Shown here: piece by piece, positions 27,577 to 38,437 of the stretch
Layout of the letters: every line of letters starts with the position of its first letter
Numbering within the stretch: position 1 is the first letter of the stretch
DNA from: Escherichia coli
GTDB taxonomy: Bacteria > Pseudomonadota > Gammaproteobacteria > Enterobacterales > Enterobacteriaceae
Direction: 5' to 3' (one strand)
DNA: 64,000 nt
Assembly (NCBI RefSeq): GCF_024223415.1
Contig: NZ_CP100502.1
Notes under the pieces: generated by a model
Told to the model about the DNA's origin: nothing
The model's input: the letters and a program-made list of their open reading frames with translations, nothing else
Databases searched by the model: none
Position numbers and translations under genes: made by a program

Positions 27577-28865
27577 TATGGTGTCTCCGGTTGTTCATCA
27601 TACCGACGTTGCATCACAGCTTTTCTTTGCTCCATGGCTGTCTGCATTCGTGCCTGCGAGCGTTGTTCCGCCTGTGATGTACGATTAACTGAAGGGGAAA
27701 TGCCACTGGAAAGGGAAGATGACCTGGCGTCGTTTGTCATTACCGGGTCAACAAACAGAATTGATACGACTTCATGCTGATACACTTCTACCTGTTTATA
27801 GGGCTCACTTTCTGCCTGGCGGGTTAATATCTGACTTCCTCTTTCCGCCATACCACCGGCAATAACGCCCGCAACAGCTTCACCACTGGGCATTCCCACG
27901 CGTCCGGTAACCGTGCCATAGTTACCCTGAATAACCTGCGTGTTGGCATCTTTATAAAGTGTGCCAATACTGCCCACACCTCCTAACACTGACGGCAGAA
28001 TGATATGTTTAAACCAGCGTGTATTCACATTGCTGGCCACGGATGACATCAGGTTGTCTTCCCGTTGAGCATATGCATTGACCTTAAGGTCCATGCCGTT
28101 CCAGCTCATCCGGTCGAAATGGATCTCCACGCCGTTACCCACCAGTTTGACTCCCGGACTGAACAGCGTTGCCCCTGCCCAGGGGCCAGCGGGAATGGTT
28201 GCGATAACCTTGGATGACGGGTTATCAGAATCCACTGCAGTATCAATATATGCCGGTATACGGGTCAGGGCAGGTATCAGTTGTATCCCTTTTTCTGCTA
28301 CAGGCGTGGACAGGCTGGCATTCTGTAATGCGAATTGCTGCGTACCATTCTGCCCTGTTGTTTCTGCCGGAGATTTATTCCACATAGTCGTTGCTATGGT
28401 TGGTGTACTACCGGCAGGATGCTGATCTTTTATTCTTACAATCAGCTTTTGCAGCCGTTCCATACGCTTTTCACTGGCTGCTCGATCCTCCTGTGGTGTG
28501 CCGGAAGCCTGGCGATAAGCATAGTTTTCCGGTTTTGCTGCAGGCTGTTGTTGCTTTTCCGGAGTGTCCGGAATATCAAGCCCCTGCGGAAGACTGGCAA
28601 TGAACGTCTGATTATTGCGGGCTGCCGCCGCAGCCCCTCGTTCATTATCCGCTCTTAACAGTTCACGATAGTGAGGCGTTTCGGTAACGCTGCGCGTACC
28701 GCCACTTGCAGCACTGTTTATGTTCACGGCTGACTGCATATCGCTGTTACTCCCTGATAGTTTGGAAAACGCGATATAGCTGCCGCCAAATAAGATGATG
28801 CTGCTCAGCCCAAGCAGGGCAGCCAGTTTCTTTCCGGATTTACCGGCATCCTGTTCAGCACTCAT
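27576..28865 (-). CDS. traO: TraO (DotG/VirB10-like), 429 aa
   Basis: N-terminal transmembrane segment, Gln/Pro-rich linker, conserved C-terminal domain; positional. Confidence 0.65.
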   Translation of the reverse strand: MSAEQDAGKSGKKLAALLGLSSIILFGGSYIAFSKLSGSNSDMQSAVNINSAASGGTRSVTETPHYRELLRADNERGAAAAARNNQTFIASLPQGLDIPDTPEKQQQPAAKPENYAYRQASGTPQEDRAASEKRMERLQKLIVRIKDQHPAGSTPTIATTMWNKSPAETTGQNGTQQFALQNASLSTPVAEKGIQLIPALTRIPAYIDTAVDSDNPSSKVIATIPAGPWAGATLFSPGVKLVGNGVEIHFDRMSWNGMDLKVNAYAQREDNLMSSVASNVNTRWFKHIILPSVLGGVGSIGTLYKDANTQVIQGNYGTVTGRVGMPSGEAVAGVIAGGMAERGSQILTRQAESEPYKQVEVYQHEVVSILFVDPVMTNDARSSSLSSGISPSVNRTSQAEQRSQARMQTAMEQRKAVMQRRYDEQPETP

Positions 28866-28867
28866 GA

Positions 28868-29851
28868 TTACTCCAGTTCTGGTGTCACGTGAACGGACTG
28901 GCCATTCACAGAGAAAGTCAGTAGTGGGGTGACGGGAAGCTTCCAGAGATGAGTTCCGTCGGCAGAGGACAAGGTCTGTTCAAATTCATCGCGCAATATC
29001 GCCCGGGAACGAACCAGAAGGTCATCGCCGTGTTGCCAGATCGTTGTATCCGGGACATTACCTGTGAATTTCAGCCTCTTAACTGAAGGGTCCCGGGGAG
29101 GAATACCATCCAGAAATGCCTGTAATGTTGCGTCATGCAGGGCGATTTTATCCGTCGGGATGGAGACAACCGGGCTGGTTGGTCCCTGCCGTGGTATTCG
29201 CAGATCCAGACGACTGTCCATTTCCTGACTGGATGACGGCGTATCTGTTTCGCCACTGGTTACGTTCAGGATGACCGGTACCGACAGACCTTTCAGGTAG
29301 ACAGAAATGTTTCCGGATGCCCATGGCCGCAATGGTGTGATTGTCACCATGTTCTCGTTGTACTGCACATCAAAGAGTTTTGGTGCCGCGTTATAAGGAG
29401 GATCGGATTGTGGCCATGGTGAACCGTTGATATCGGTAAATGTCACTACGCTCAGGTTGTTCATGGCTGTGCGAACAAGAGGAAGGCTGGCACCGGGGGA
29501 CAGATTAACTGTCAGAGAGCTGATACGGGGTACAACACTGGTGATGGGCGCATTGATGGCCCGCTCGTTATCCGCCATGAGACTGCGTAGTGAGCGAATC
29601 TCATCGGCGGAGAGCTCAGAATCAAGTCTTGCCGCATCCTGTACCAGCGGGCTGGCCTGCCCGGGGGCAGGCAGCTCACCTTTTACCAGTGTTGCCGGAA
29701 CACCTCCGGTGTTTTGGGAGGCGTTCTGAACGTGATCGCTGGCAGAATTTGTCGTTTGTGGTGTGCGTGCGTTCTGCCATCCTGCGTTATCTGCAGACGT
29801 GGCGGCGCTGCACACCAGGAGCAGTGTGCTCAGTAAATAACGTGATTGCAT
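28868..29851 (-). CDS. traN: TraN (DotH/IcmK-like outer-membrane-complex protein), 327 aa
   Basis: Signal peptide; positional. Confidence 0.65.
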   Translation of the reverse strand: MQSRYLLSTLLLVCSAATSADNAGWQNARTPQTTNSASDHVQNASQNTGGVPATLVKGELPAPGQASPLVQDAARLDSELSADEIRSLRSLMADNERAINAPITSVVPRISSLTVNLSPGASLPLVRTAMNNLSVVTFTDINGSPWPQSDPPYNAAPKLFDVQYNENMVTITPLRPWASGNISVYLKGLSVPVILNVTSGETDTPSSSQEMDSRLDLRIPRQGPTSPVVSIPTDKIALHDATLQAFLDGIPPRDPSVKRLKFTGNVPDTTIWQHGDDLLVRSRAILRDEFEQTLSSADGTHLWKLPVTPLLTFSVNGQSVHVTPELE

Positions 29852-29861
29852 ATTACTTATC

Positions 29862-30554
29862 TCAGGAGTTCGGTCCGGCGTTACGGGAGATCATCTGCCG
29901 GATTTCCATACCGGATGGTTTCAGTCTGGGGTCAACACGCTGGATGGTGATTTCGAAAACAAAAGACTGTTCTGGCTTGCTGGTTGTCTGGCCGACCAGA
30001 CGCATACGGACAGGATACTGAAATGTCCAGAACCATACGCCGTCGGACATTTGTCCCTGTCGTACCAGAACGCCAGCGCCTGTCGTGGCGGTCAGATTCA
30101 TCTTCTCTTTCTTGATCGTCTCCAGAATGTTAGATGCCTGTAATGCATTCACATATCCGGCAAAACCTTCGTCAGAAAAACGCGGAGACAGAGAGGAAAT
30201 CTGTGAACGATAGTGCACAAAATCCAGGTTGAATGCGGTCGCCAGTGCCTGGCTGCCAAAGGCCATTGCGTCATTCTGACTCCATGCTGGCTGATTTGTT
30301 GGTGCCAGCCTGACCAGACGACCATTGTCTGTAGCGAAATATTCGCGCTCCACATTCGTTGAGTGCCAGTACTGAATGGCGTTACCAGTAATACTGATAA
30401 GAAGACATGTGCCCGTACATAAAAGCGCTTTTATCAGCGCAGGGACATTATTTGCCCGCTGTTCTGACTGCTTCATAGCCCTGATTGTGCTCTTCAGTAT
30501 TTCCGGGTCAGGTGCCGGATGTGATGGCGAGGATGGCTCGGTATTTTCGGTCAT
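29862..30554 (-). CDS. traM: TraM-like protein, 230 aa
   Basis: ORF track; positional. Confidence 0.6.
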   Translation of the reverse strand: MTENTEPSSPSHPAPDPEILKSTIRAMKQSEQRANNVPALIKALLCTGTCLLISITGNAIQYWHSTNVEREYFATDNGRLVRLAPTNQPAWSQNDAMAFGSQALATAFNLDFVHYRSQISSLSPRFSDEGFAGYVNALQASNILETIKKEKMNLTATTGAGVLVRQGQMSDGVWFWTFQYPVRMRLVGQTTSKPEQSFVFEITIQRVDPRLKPSGMEIRQMISRNAGPNS

Positions 30555-30898
30555 AGGTTGTAGTCCTTCCAGGGATCAATATTCCCCGGCAGCTTTTCAT
30601 TCACCTTGTCCACGACCGCGTCGCAGACCTGGTTTTCCAGCTGCGACAGAATGTCGTCAAGGCTGGGGAACTGGGGGAGGTTTATGCTGATTTTTTTGAT
30701 TCGTGACAGACAGGACTGCAGGGATGAGGAAACATCGTTTTCACGTTGTGACCATGCATCCGCAGCTGCACGTGCTCGCTCATATCCTGTATTACTACCG
30801 GCCTGTGCCGCGCTACCCGCACGACAGGTTGCAGCACTTGCCGTGGATGAAATCAGGATAAGGCCGAGCACGGCAACCAGAGACTTATGCATGTTCAT
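30551..30898 (-). CDS. traL: TraL-like exported protein, 115 aa
   Basis: Signal peptide MNMHKSLVAVLGLILISSTASA. Confidence 0.6.
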   Translation of the reverse strand: MNMHKSLVAVLGLILISSTASAATCRAGSAAQAGSNTGYERARAAADAWSQRENDVSSSLQSCLSRIKKISINLPQFPSLDDILSQLENQVCDAVVDKVNEKLPGNIDPWKDYNL

Positions 30899-30915
30899 AT
30901 GGCTTCCTTACCGGC

Positions 30916-33900
30916 TCATCGGCCGGGGCTGTGGGAGAGATCCTGATGCAGAGTTTTTTCCTGCCTGTCCTCCGGCTTTTGGCTGTTGGACCACTGCTGC
31001 CATGACTGCTCGAAGCCCAGGTTTCGGTACAACGCATCAGGTTGTTTTTCCGGCGTGTAGACAGCAGCAAAAAGCGGTTCTTCCCGGGTTTTCAGATGAA
31101 ACTGCATAAGCTCCGGTGCGGGGCGATTCGTGCTGTCAGCATCGTGGTTTACCGCTTCACCATAACCTGCAAAGCGTAAACCTTTGTCGGTCAGCGCATT
31201 GATAACCAACTGACTGTTGTCGGCCGATGGGGTGGCCAGTGCCGGATACAATGTGCCGTTCAGCCGGACCACACCCTGCAGATGTTCATCGGCACTCTGG
31301 ACAAGTAACAGGTTGAGTTCACGCGTATCCTTATCCACTGATCCCAGAACAGGTGTCAGCTTGTCAGGGGCTGCGCTGGTTATTTCTGTTACCTGATTCG
31401 CGTTCTGTGGCGCGGAGACCGGATGTCGGTCTTCACCGATAAACAGATGTGAGCCGACGTTTTCTGGCATACGTAACGCTTTCATCTCTTCGGGCCACCC
31501 CTGGCTGATTTGCGCAGCCACTTTCATAAAGGTTTCGACCGGAATCGCCTGAATACGCTGACCTTTATCCGGATTATCATGTGATACCGAGATCCCGTTG
31601 GTAACTGACTCCATGGACCACTTATTCCGGAAACGTGCTTTTTGCTCTCCCGGGAGGATGAATTGTTCGCGGTTCTGAAGTGTCAGTGTCACCACGTCAC
31701 CTTTCTGATGGTTTTTGACCAGACTTTCCAGTTGTTCCCCCCAGTAGAGTTTGCTGCCACTGCGGTTTTTAAGCTCAACAAAGAAACTCTCTCCTTTGCC
31801 GGGTGCATATTCAGCACGACCAAAATTGTGCAGTACGGCAGTCACGCTCTCTCCCGGGCGAAGTTTTCCTGGTGGTTCTTCGTCTGGTGCCACATCTGCC
31901 GTTTTGCCTGGTTCAGCCGGTGATGGTGCAGAGGCGGTGCTGACGGTTGATGCTTCAGGGGCAACAGGGGACGCCGGGGATTGTGTGGCTTCTTTTTCCT
32001 GAACGGGGTCAGGGACAGCCGGTTGTTCTGGGGTATTCCGGTTAAGTTCCGGTGTTGGCTGATGGGTGACAACTGCATCCTTACTGACAGCCATTTCCTT
32101 GCGTAATTTTTCTAGTTCAGCCCGTTGATCTGGCAATTTCATCCGGACATCGATGTTGTGCTCGATAATCAACTGCATTGCTTTTTGCTTAAAGGCATCA
32201 CTGCCCGTCAGCTCTATGACGCCCCCATAAAATTTGGTGGCCACAGCAAGTGCGGCCAGAACGCTGCGATCGTCATTGCTGGCACCGTTGACCATTTCCA
32301 GCCGGTTTACCCGGTCAATGAAGGCAGGTTTGCCATCCAGTTTGTACAGGACGGTTCTGTCTGCTCGTTTTTCCCAGTCAAGCTCTTTAAGAATTTCGTC
32401 CATGTTGAGCGATATCGGTGCATCAGAACGTTCCGGGGCGTAGACAATACTGTCAGGTATCGGTGGAGTCGTCGTGGTTTCCGCTGAGGGCGTGGGATCA
32501 CTGTTCTCATGTGCCTGTGAATCCGTTTTTTTACGCGTAAAAAAGCCACGCGCTTTGTCGAGAAACGATGAAGTATTATCAGAAGGTGATGTGCTCTGAA
32601 CAGGTTGCTGTGGAGTGGGTTCATCCCGGACAGCCGGTTCTGCAGTATCTGTTGTGGCCTGAAGTTCTGACTCATCTGCCTGAACGTGGTCTGTGTCCGG
32701 TTGCGACGGCATATCACTGTTTTCCTGCAGATGCTCAGGATTTTCATTGTTCATCAGCTCCTGATATGCGCTGTAGTTTTCGTATTCTTCGGGGCCATCT
32801 GACTCAGGAAGGAACGGCTCTGGCTGAAGGGGAATGTCTTCAGTTACATGGTTGACCGCCTCTTCCCGGGGAGTATCCGGGGATATTCCGGTGCTTTGTT
32901 TGTCATCAGGCTCCGTCATCACGGTCATTTCCTCTTTGACTGCATCAGGGGAAGGTGATGGCTCGGCTGATTCATTCATGGTTTCAGATGAGGGACTGTC
33001 TTCAGGGGATGCGGGGGCGGCAGCAGGGGCCGGTATTTCAGGTGAAGTGCCGGATTCCTGTTGTGACTCGTTTTTTTCCGGTTGTGACAGTTCGGCTTCA
33101 AATTCACGCCAGTCTTTATCTGTGGCCACCGAGACAACTTTTTCCGGAGGTTCCGCCGGATGAGCGGGTTCATCAGGGGCAGATGCCGTTGTACTTTCCG
33201 GGGACGCCGGTGATTCTGCAGGGGAGTCCTGAACTACAGAGCTTTCCGTTTGCGCCTGAACGTTATCAGCGTGCCGCTCATCTTTGCCGTTATTTTCAGT
33301 GGCGTGACTGGTAAATGACTGTGTTTCATCAGCAATGTTACTGCTGGAAGCAGCTGGTTGTTCCTGCTGCGTGGCGGACGGCAGAGAAGGTCCCTGGTCA
33401 TGGCTGTGCCCTGTATCGGGTGATGTTTCAGGATATTCTGTCGGAGTCATGGTTTTTTCCTCAGTGTGGACCGGTGTAAAAACGAGGTTGCCGATCACCA
33501 GTGCCTCGCGGATTTCCGGGGTGTTACTGTTGGGGGTGGAAACCCCGATGTGTTCTAACTGGGCGTTGATGACATGCTGAAAAGCGGCCCGTCCCCGGCT
33601 TGCGTCCAGGTCATTGAAATCGGTCAGCCCCTGCGCTTTTTCGGCATCGGTGAACGCAGGAAAGATGACCGTTCCTCCTGTCAGTTCTGCGGCTTTTGTT
33701 GCACTGACGATACCTTTGTTAACCCGGATTGCATGATCGTTGTCGGCACAGAAGATAAAGGGGCTTTGCGTCCACTTTTGCCGGGCATTTTCGGCAACGG
33801 CAATCATGTTGCCTCCATCCACCGTCATCAGTACCGGAAGGCCCGTGGCTTCGTGCAGGGAGGCCGCAGTGGCATAGCCCTCGGCAAACAGTACCGGCTG

Positions 33901-34683
33901 ACCGTTGCGCGGTGTGCCCAGCGCAAACCAGTTACCGGTTTTCTCTGAATCTTTCAGGATGCGGGCATCCTTCCCCCCGGTGACCGGAATACGCTGGTAA
34001 GAGCGTATCGCGCCGTTACGGTTACTGAAGGGAATAACCAGTTCATTTTTGTTGTTTACCCGCACCCCCGGTGCAGCCTGAATGCCTTTCCGGGTCAGGT
34101 ATTCATGTGCTGTGGCCTGCGGCCATTTGTTGACATAGCGGCGGGCATACGCGGCCTGTCGGTTGTACTGTGCTTTCAGTTCCCGCTCCGCGTCCTCCCT
34201 GCGTTGCATTGAATGCGCTTTCAGGTGGAGTCTTGCGCGGGGATCTGTCTGTTCTCCGCCGGAGAAGGTCCAGGTGATCGGCGAATCATCCGCGCTGCGA
34301 TAATCCCTGTACCAGCCGGCAGGTCTGCCGTCCAGGAATCCGCGATATGCGCCACTTTTTTGTCCTTTTTTGTCATCGGCGGTCGGGACACGGTGGATTT
34401 TCCCGTCCATGACCGGCAGTTCTTTCAGAACCAGTCCGGCATTCTCCAGAACCTGGGCAAACTCGGTGACCGGATCACTGCCGTTCATGGAGACGTCCTG
34501 TGGCCGGGGCAGCCAGCGGTCCAGCCTGGACAGGTCCGCCCCCGGGCGGGCGAACCAGAGTTTGTGCTCCTTGTCCCAGATGACGGGCGTGTGCCCGTTC
34601 ATCGGGGGATGTGCTTTTTTGAGATCTTCTATTTCATCTGCAGGCACGGCAAGCCAGGTGCGGTAGCGGGATACAGACGGCAT
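30916..34683 (-). CDS. sog: Sog DNA primase (SogL), 1255 aa, with Toprim domain and long acidic Pro/Ser/Glu-rich linker
   Basis: ATG 34683 with SD aggaga gives 1255 aa (SogL length as I recall); Toprim-like segment EGYATAASLHEATGLPVLMTVDGGNM; ORF-table start 34821 is an upstream extension. Confidence 0.8.
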   Translation of the reverse strand: MPSVSRYRTWLAVPADEIEDLKKAHPPMNGHTPVIWDKEHKLWFARPGADLSRLDRWLPRPQDVSMNGSDPVTEFAQVLENAGLVLKELPVMDGKIHRVPTADDKKGQKSGAYRGFLDGRPAGWYRDYRSADDSPITWTFSGGEQTDPRARLHLKAHSMQRREDAERELKAQYNRQAAYARRYVNKWPQATAHEYLTRKGIQAAPGVRVNNKNELVIPFSNRNGAIRSYQRIPVTGGKDARILKDSEKTGNWFALGTPRNGQPVLFAEGYATAASLHEATGLPVLMTVDGGNMIAVAENARQKWTQSPFIFCADNDHAIRVNKGIVSATKAAELTGGTVIFPAFTDAEKAQGLTDFNDLDASRGRAAFQHVINAQLEHIGVSTPNSNTPEIREALVIGNLVFTPVHTEEKTMTPTEYPETSPDTGHSHDQGPSLPSATQQEQPAASSSNIADETQSFTSHATENNGKDERHADNVQAQTESSVVQDSPAESPASPESTTASAPDEPAHPAEPPEKVVSVATDKDWREFEAELSQPEKNESQQESGTSPEIPAPAAAPASPEDSPSSETMNESAEPSPSPDAVKEEMTVMTEPDDKQSTGISPDTPREEAVNHVTEDIPLQPEPFLPESDGPEEYENYSAYQELMNNENPEHLQENSDMPSQPDTDHVQADESELQATTDTAEPAVRDEPTPQQPVQSTSPSDNTSSFLDKARGFFTRKKTDSQAHENSDPTPSAETTTTPPIPDSIVYAPERSDAPISLNMDEILKELDWEKRADRTVLYKLDGKPAFIDRVNRLEMVNGASNDDRSVLAALAVATKFYGGVIELTGSDAFKQKAMQLIIEHNIDVRMKLPDQRAELEKLRKEMAVSKDAVVTHQPTPELNRNTPEQPAVPDPVQEKEATQSPASPVAPEASTVSTASAPSPAEPGKTADVAPDEEPPGKLRPGESVTAVLHNFGRAEYAPGKGESFFVELKNRSGSKLYWGEQLESLVKNHQKGDVVTLTLQNREQFILPGEQKARFRNKWSMESVTNGISVSHDNPDKGQRIQAIPVETFMKVAAQISQGWPEEMKALRMPENVGSHLFIGEDRHPVSAPQNANQVTEITSAAPDKLTPVLGSVDKDTRELNLLLVQSADEHLQGVVRLNGTLYPALATPSADNSQLVINALTDKGLRFAGYGEAVNHDADSTNRPAPELMQFHLKTREEPLFAAVYTPEKQPDALYRNLGFEQSWQQWSNSQKPEDRQEKTLHQDLSHSPGR

Positions 34684-34771
34684 GAGTGCTTCTCCTGAAA
34701 AAAGACGGAAAAAAACCACCGCCGGAAGCCGGGGGGGCTGGGGGGATAGAAAATCGGGGGAGAAATGTTTG

Positions 34772-35323
34772 TCAGGGTTTCCAGTCTGTACCCTTATTCC
34801 AGCGATCCTGCCAGTGTTCAAGATATTGTGCGGCTACATCCGGCATATTCTTGAGCACAACGACATTCTCTGAATTCTTGCGTGCAGCAGCACGAGAGAA
34901 GTTATAGGAGCCAGTTTCAACCGTGTTTCCGTCAACAATGATGACTTTGTCGTGATGGATGGGGAAGGCATCTACAGTCCGGAGAGGAATGTCCAGCAGG
35001 TTGATATATTTCATCGCTTCCTGACTTGCCCGGTTCGTATTCCCCTTGTCATCAACAACAATACGGACGTCCACTCCGCGTTTTTTCGCTTTTGCCAGCG
35101 CATGCATTACATCCGGGTCGGTGAAGGAATATGCCATCATCCTGATGGAGCTTTCCGCACTGTTGATTGTGTCAAGCACCAGAGCGGATGCGCTTCCTTC
35201 AGGAGAAAAGCCGACCTTCACGGATGGCGTGTCGATCATTGCAAACGATGGTGTCGTGAACAGTAACGGGCATGCCAGTAGCGATACCCGGAGCAGAGTA
35301 ACGATAGTTTTTTTACCTGACAT
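34772..35323 (-). CDS. nuc: Nuc, periplasmic phospholipase-D-family (HKD) endonuclease, 183 aa
   Basis: Internal ATG 35323; signal peptide; HxK motif in HHDKVIIVDG; the 303-aa ORF-track version is an extension overlapping traK. Confidence 0.75.
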   Translation of the reverse strand: MSGKKTIVTLLRVSLLACPLLFTTPSFAMIDTPSVKVGFSPEGSASALVLDTINSAESSIRMMAYSFTDPDVMHALAKAKKRGVDVRIVVDDKGNTNRASQEAMKYINLLDIPLRTVDAFPIHHDKVIIVDGNTVETGSYNFSRAAARKNSENVVVLKNMPDVAAQYLEHWQDRWNKGTDWKP

Positions 35324-35337
35324 AAAGACTCCAGAAT

Positions 35338-35628
35338 TTAATCGAGGCCAGTCCAGTCTCGTGGTGATTCCGTATGGTGGCGATACCACCATGGACGACC
35401 GGAGGCGATGGCCCCTCTCAGAATGCTGAAAATGCGTGTACAGATAGTCCTGACAGTCCAGCCTGAACGGTCGAGAATAACGAAAAATAAAATGATGCCG
35501 GTGCAAATCCAGAAGGTTGTTTTGGAGGGAAAGGGGCATATAAACAGATAAATCATGGTGAACGGCAGAGGTACGCCCTGGATGTTGACTGGCGGTGTTG
35601 CATATCGCCAGAAACCTTCTCTTTTCAT
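35338..35628 (-). CDS. traK: TraK-like small membrane protein (IcmT-like), 96 aa
   Basis: ORF track; overlaps traJ stop (ATGA). Confidence 0.6.
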   Translation of the reverse strand: MKREGFWRYATPPVNIQGVPLPFTMIYLFICPFPSKTTFWICTGIILFFVILDRSGWTVRTICTRIFSILRGAIASGRPWWYRHHTESPRDWTGLD

Positions 35629-36773
35629 GACCGTAACTCCCCTGGCGGGATAAAAAGAATCGCTTCTCTTCGGTCAACTTCATTCCGGATATACATTTCC
35701 AGAATCTGGTCCCGGATACGGCGCTTCTCCTGCCGGATTATGGCATCAATGTGATGCCCCCACTCTGCATGCGGCATTCCGGAAAGATTGTCGCGAAGCT
35801 CATCGTTAATGACGATATATTCCCGGACGGCTTTACGACCACCGTCATTTGTTCTGACCAGAACCTGAACCAGAATGAACTGCAACAGTGACAGGACAGC
35901 CCAGGCCATCGAATCCCTGATGACAGGGGGAAACAGCCCAAGAAGACGTGCCAGCGTTTCACCAGGAGATTTCGTATGCATGGTGCTCAGGCAGTAATGC
36001 CCGGTGTTGCCTGCCTGTACCGCTGCGTCGGCGGTTTCGTTATCCCTGATCTCACCAACACCGATAATTTCGGGATTACGTCGTACAGCAGAACGCAGTC
36101 CGGCAGCAAAACTGACCACATCACGCCCGATTTCTGCCTGATGCGGTGGGAGCAGATCGTTTTCATTTCCCAGGATATATTCCACCGGGTCTTCATATGT
36201 CACGATTTTGGCGTCGGGGAAATTGTCCATAATGTAACGGTACAGTGCTGAACACAGCGTTGATTTTCCTGACCCGGTTTCACCACATACAAATCCCAGA
36301 CCGCTTTTGCAGACCATTGCTTCAAGCAGGTCTGGTTCAATGTTCATGGAGAGAATGTCCGGTATTTCTGTCGGGATGACACGCATGGTTATTGAGATTG
36401 CTTTCTCCTCCGCACCAGATGTGCCCTGAATGAGGTGAGAGCGTAACCGGATGCGTTCTCCGCGTTTAAGACCATAGCGCCCGGATGCATCCCCGTTAAT
36501 CTGTATCGTCCTGTCAACCGGATTGCCTGCCAGAACGCGGGGAATGACTTCCCGACCGAACAGTTCATCAATCAGGGAGGACATGAGTGTGGTTGGTAAC
36601 GTTGCACTGGAACAACGCACCCGTCGGCCAAAGCGACTGACAGATACAGGTGACCCGCCGGTCAGATCCACATCACTGACTTTATGTGCGGCACACCAGA
36701 CAAAGAAATGCCGTAGTTCATCTGCAGTGAAACGCTGAAACGGAAAAAGACCAAACTCATCAGGAATATTCAT
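35625..36773 (-). CDS. traJ: TraJ, VirB11/DotB-family secretion ATPase, 382 aa
   Basis: Walker A CGETGSGKST; 382 aa matches R64 TraJ. Confidence 0.8.
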   Translation of the reverse strand: MNIPDEFGLFPFQRFTADELRHFFVWCAAHKVSDVDLTGGSPVSVSRFGRRVRCSSATLPTTLMSSLIDELFGREVIPRVLAGNPVDRTIQINGDASGRYGLKRGERIRLRSHLIQGTSGAEEKAISITMRVIPTEIPDILSMNIEPDLLEAMVCKSGLGFVCGETGSGKSTLCSALYRYIMDNFPDAKIVTYEDPVEYILGNENDLLPPHQAEIGRDVVSFAAGLRSAVRRNPEIIGVGEIRDNETADAAVQAGNTGHYCLSTMHTKSPGETLARLLGLFPPVIRDSMAWAVLSLLQFILVQVLVRTNDGGRKAVREYIVINDELRDNLSGMPHAEWGHHIDAIIRQEKRRIRDQILEMYIRNEVDRREAILFIPPGELRS

Positions 36774-37588
36774 CGGGAGCCTCCTTCAGTGCCTATAAGC
36801 GGACGCCAGTGAGATTTCTGAAGATTGAATTCCGCATGATTTTTAAGGCGACGAACACGATCTCCAGTGACCAGTTTTTTCCCGTCACCTGTAACGGTTT
36901 GCATTTGATCAGAAACATCCGGACGGGTGATCATGCCCTGACGCCAGAGAAGTGAGTACAGCATCATGCCCCGGTAATCACGGGTGAGGGTTTTCTGGTT
37001 GGCTTCAAGCGTCAGGTCGGCGTTTTGTCTTCCTTCCTGCCATCCCTGCCGTAATGCGGTTTCCCACACTTTTCGTTGCACGCTGTCTTCTGGAACGACG
37101 CTGCCTTCTGTACCCGGAGTGGCTGTTGTTGAAAGCCCCCGGAGAAGCCAGTCACGCCAGCCCGGTGGATTGCTGACAAAGCGTTCAGGGCGAATGATGG
37201 TCCAGACCCGGGAAGAGGTCCGGATTTGATCTGGCGTGATATGAGCTACGTCCTGTGCTTCATCAATAACCGGTGGTAGCCAGCCTTCCGGGCTAATCAG
37301 TGGCCGGAAATCGTATAAGGCATTAAGTGTGCTTTCCCGGGCGTTGAGCGCCTGAATCAGCTCCCATGAACGCTGAGCCTTGCCACCACGAAATCCAAGC
37401 GTTTTACCTGCGTCTGTCAGCATTTTCCAGCGTGTTTCTGACAGACTATCCGGCTTTTCACTTCGTGGTTTAAGCCATGCATTAATGTCAGGTGGTGGCG
37501 TATTGACACCACCTGGCGAGATGGTAGGGGAAGAAGAACAACCAGTAAGCAGTATTACTGGCAAAAGGAGAGAGGTGAGTGCTTTCAT
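36770..37588 (-). CDS. traI: TraI lipoprotein (DotC-like), 272 aa
   Basis: Lipobox LLTGC; positional. Confidence 0.7.
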   Translation of the reverse strand: MKALTSLLLPVILLTGCSSSPTISPGGVNTPPPDINAWLKPRSEKPDSLSETRWKMLTDAGKTLGFRGGKAQRSWELIQALNARESTLNALYDFRPLISPEGWLPPVIDEAQDVAHITPDQIRTSSRVWTIIRPERFVSNPPGWRDWLLRGLSTTATPGTEGSVVPEDSVQRKVWETALRQGWQEGRQNADLTLEANQKTLTRDYRGMMLYSLLWRQGMITRPDVSDQMQTVTGDGKKLVTGDRVRRLKNHAEFNLQKSHWRPLIGTEGGSR

Positions 37589-38043
37589 TTTTTCCGGTTC
37601 TCCGGCTGCATGAAGCTGACCTGTAACAAGCCCGGATATTGATGGATTGTTGCTCTCCAGGCTGTCTGGGCTTCAATAAGTCTCAACGTATTGGAAAACG
37701 TCATATCCCGGACGTGAAGGTTGACTGGTAACGGCAGGCGGACACCATTGTAGTTAAACTGCATCCCCCTGACTCTGGCCAGTTCGTTCAGTAATTCAAT
37801 TGCATCACCTTCCCAGTCAAAGGAAAGGCGATCGCTGTTAGCTGTCAGAAGATGAGACCCCGTTGAAACCGGAAGTTGGCCGGAAAATACACCTTTGTCC
37901 CATAATGTGTACTGAGTGTGCCGGGTAACCGCCACATCAGAGGCAGCACCGTAGTTACGCGGAACAGGAGTATGCTGAGAAGGGGAGTTGCAGCCAGCCA
38001 GAAAAAGGGCGGCAAGACACCCCGCAGGTATAATACGGTTCAT
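37585..38043 (-). CDS. traH: TraH lipoprotein (DotD-like), 152 aa
   Basis: Lipobox FLAGC; positional. Confidence 0.7.
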   Translation of the reverse strand: MNRIIPAGCLAALFLAGCNSPSQHTPVPRNYGAASDVAVTRHTQYTLWDKGVFSGQLPVSTGSHLLTANSDRLSFDWEGDAIELLNELARVRGMQFNYNGVRLPLPVNLHVRDMTFSNTLRLIEAQTAWRATIHQYPGLLQVSFMQPENRKK

Positions 38044-38251
38044 AATAATTCCTGAGCAGTTAAATCAGAATGGGATATACCGGTGCTCCGGTACAGACAG
38101 GATGATGTTTGTTTCCGGCTATACTTGCGTTACCGGAAATAAATGCCAGTGTGGCCAGGTAAATAGCCTCATAGTTTACTGAAGGTGATTATTCCTGATA
38201 CTGGCTGGTTGATGTGTCGTCAGACATAAAACGAATATGAGCGTAATCTTT

Positions 38252-38381
38252 AACGCTCCGCGCCGAATCGATCCATGATGGATGACTCGACGATTTATGA
38301 ATCGAACGTACCGGCGCTTGTCCCTGAAACAGTTCCCGGCCCTCGTCCGGATAACCTGCAATTCAGACAGGCACATGTGCC
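38252..38381 (-). promoter_or_regulatory. Conserved ~130-bp leader element, copy 1 (traG-traH intergenic); contains perfect palindrome ggcacatgtgcc (38370-38381)
   Basis: Shares aacgctccgcgcNNaaNcgatccatgatgg and ccctcgtccRgaYaaYcYgcaRttcWgacaggca blocks with 62171-62292 and 63233-63357. Confidence 0.6.
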
Positions 38382-38437
38382 CGTACACTCTTGTATCTTA
38401 CTGAGTATATCAGAATTTATGTAAATTCAAATATCCT

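Noticed and set aside
31642-34907. Numerous plus-strand ORFs across the sog primase gene
   Set aside because: Antisense to a 1255-aa gene with a recognisable Toprim domain; the low-complexity acidic linker generates long spurious frames.
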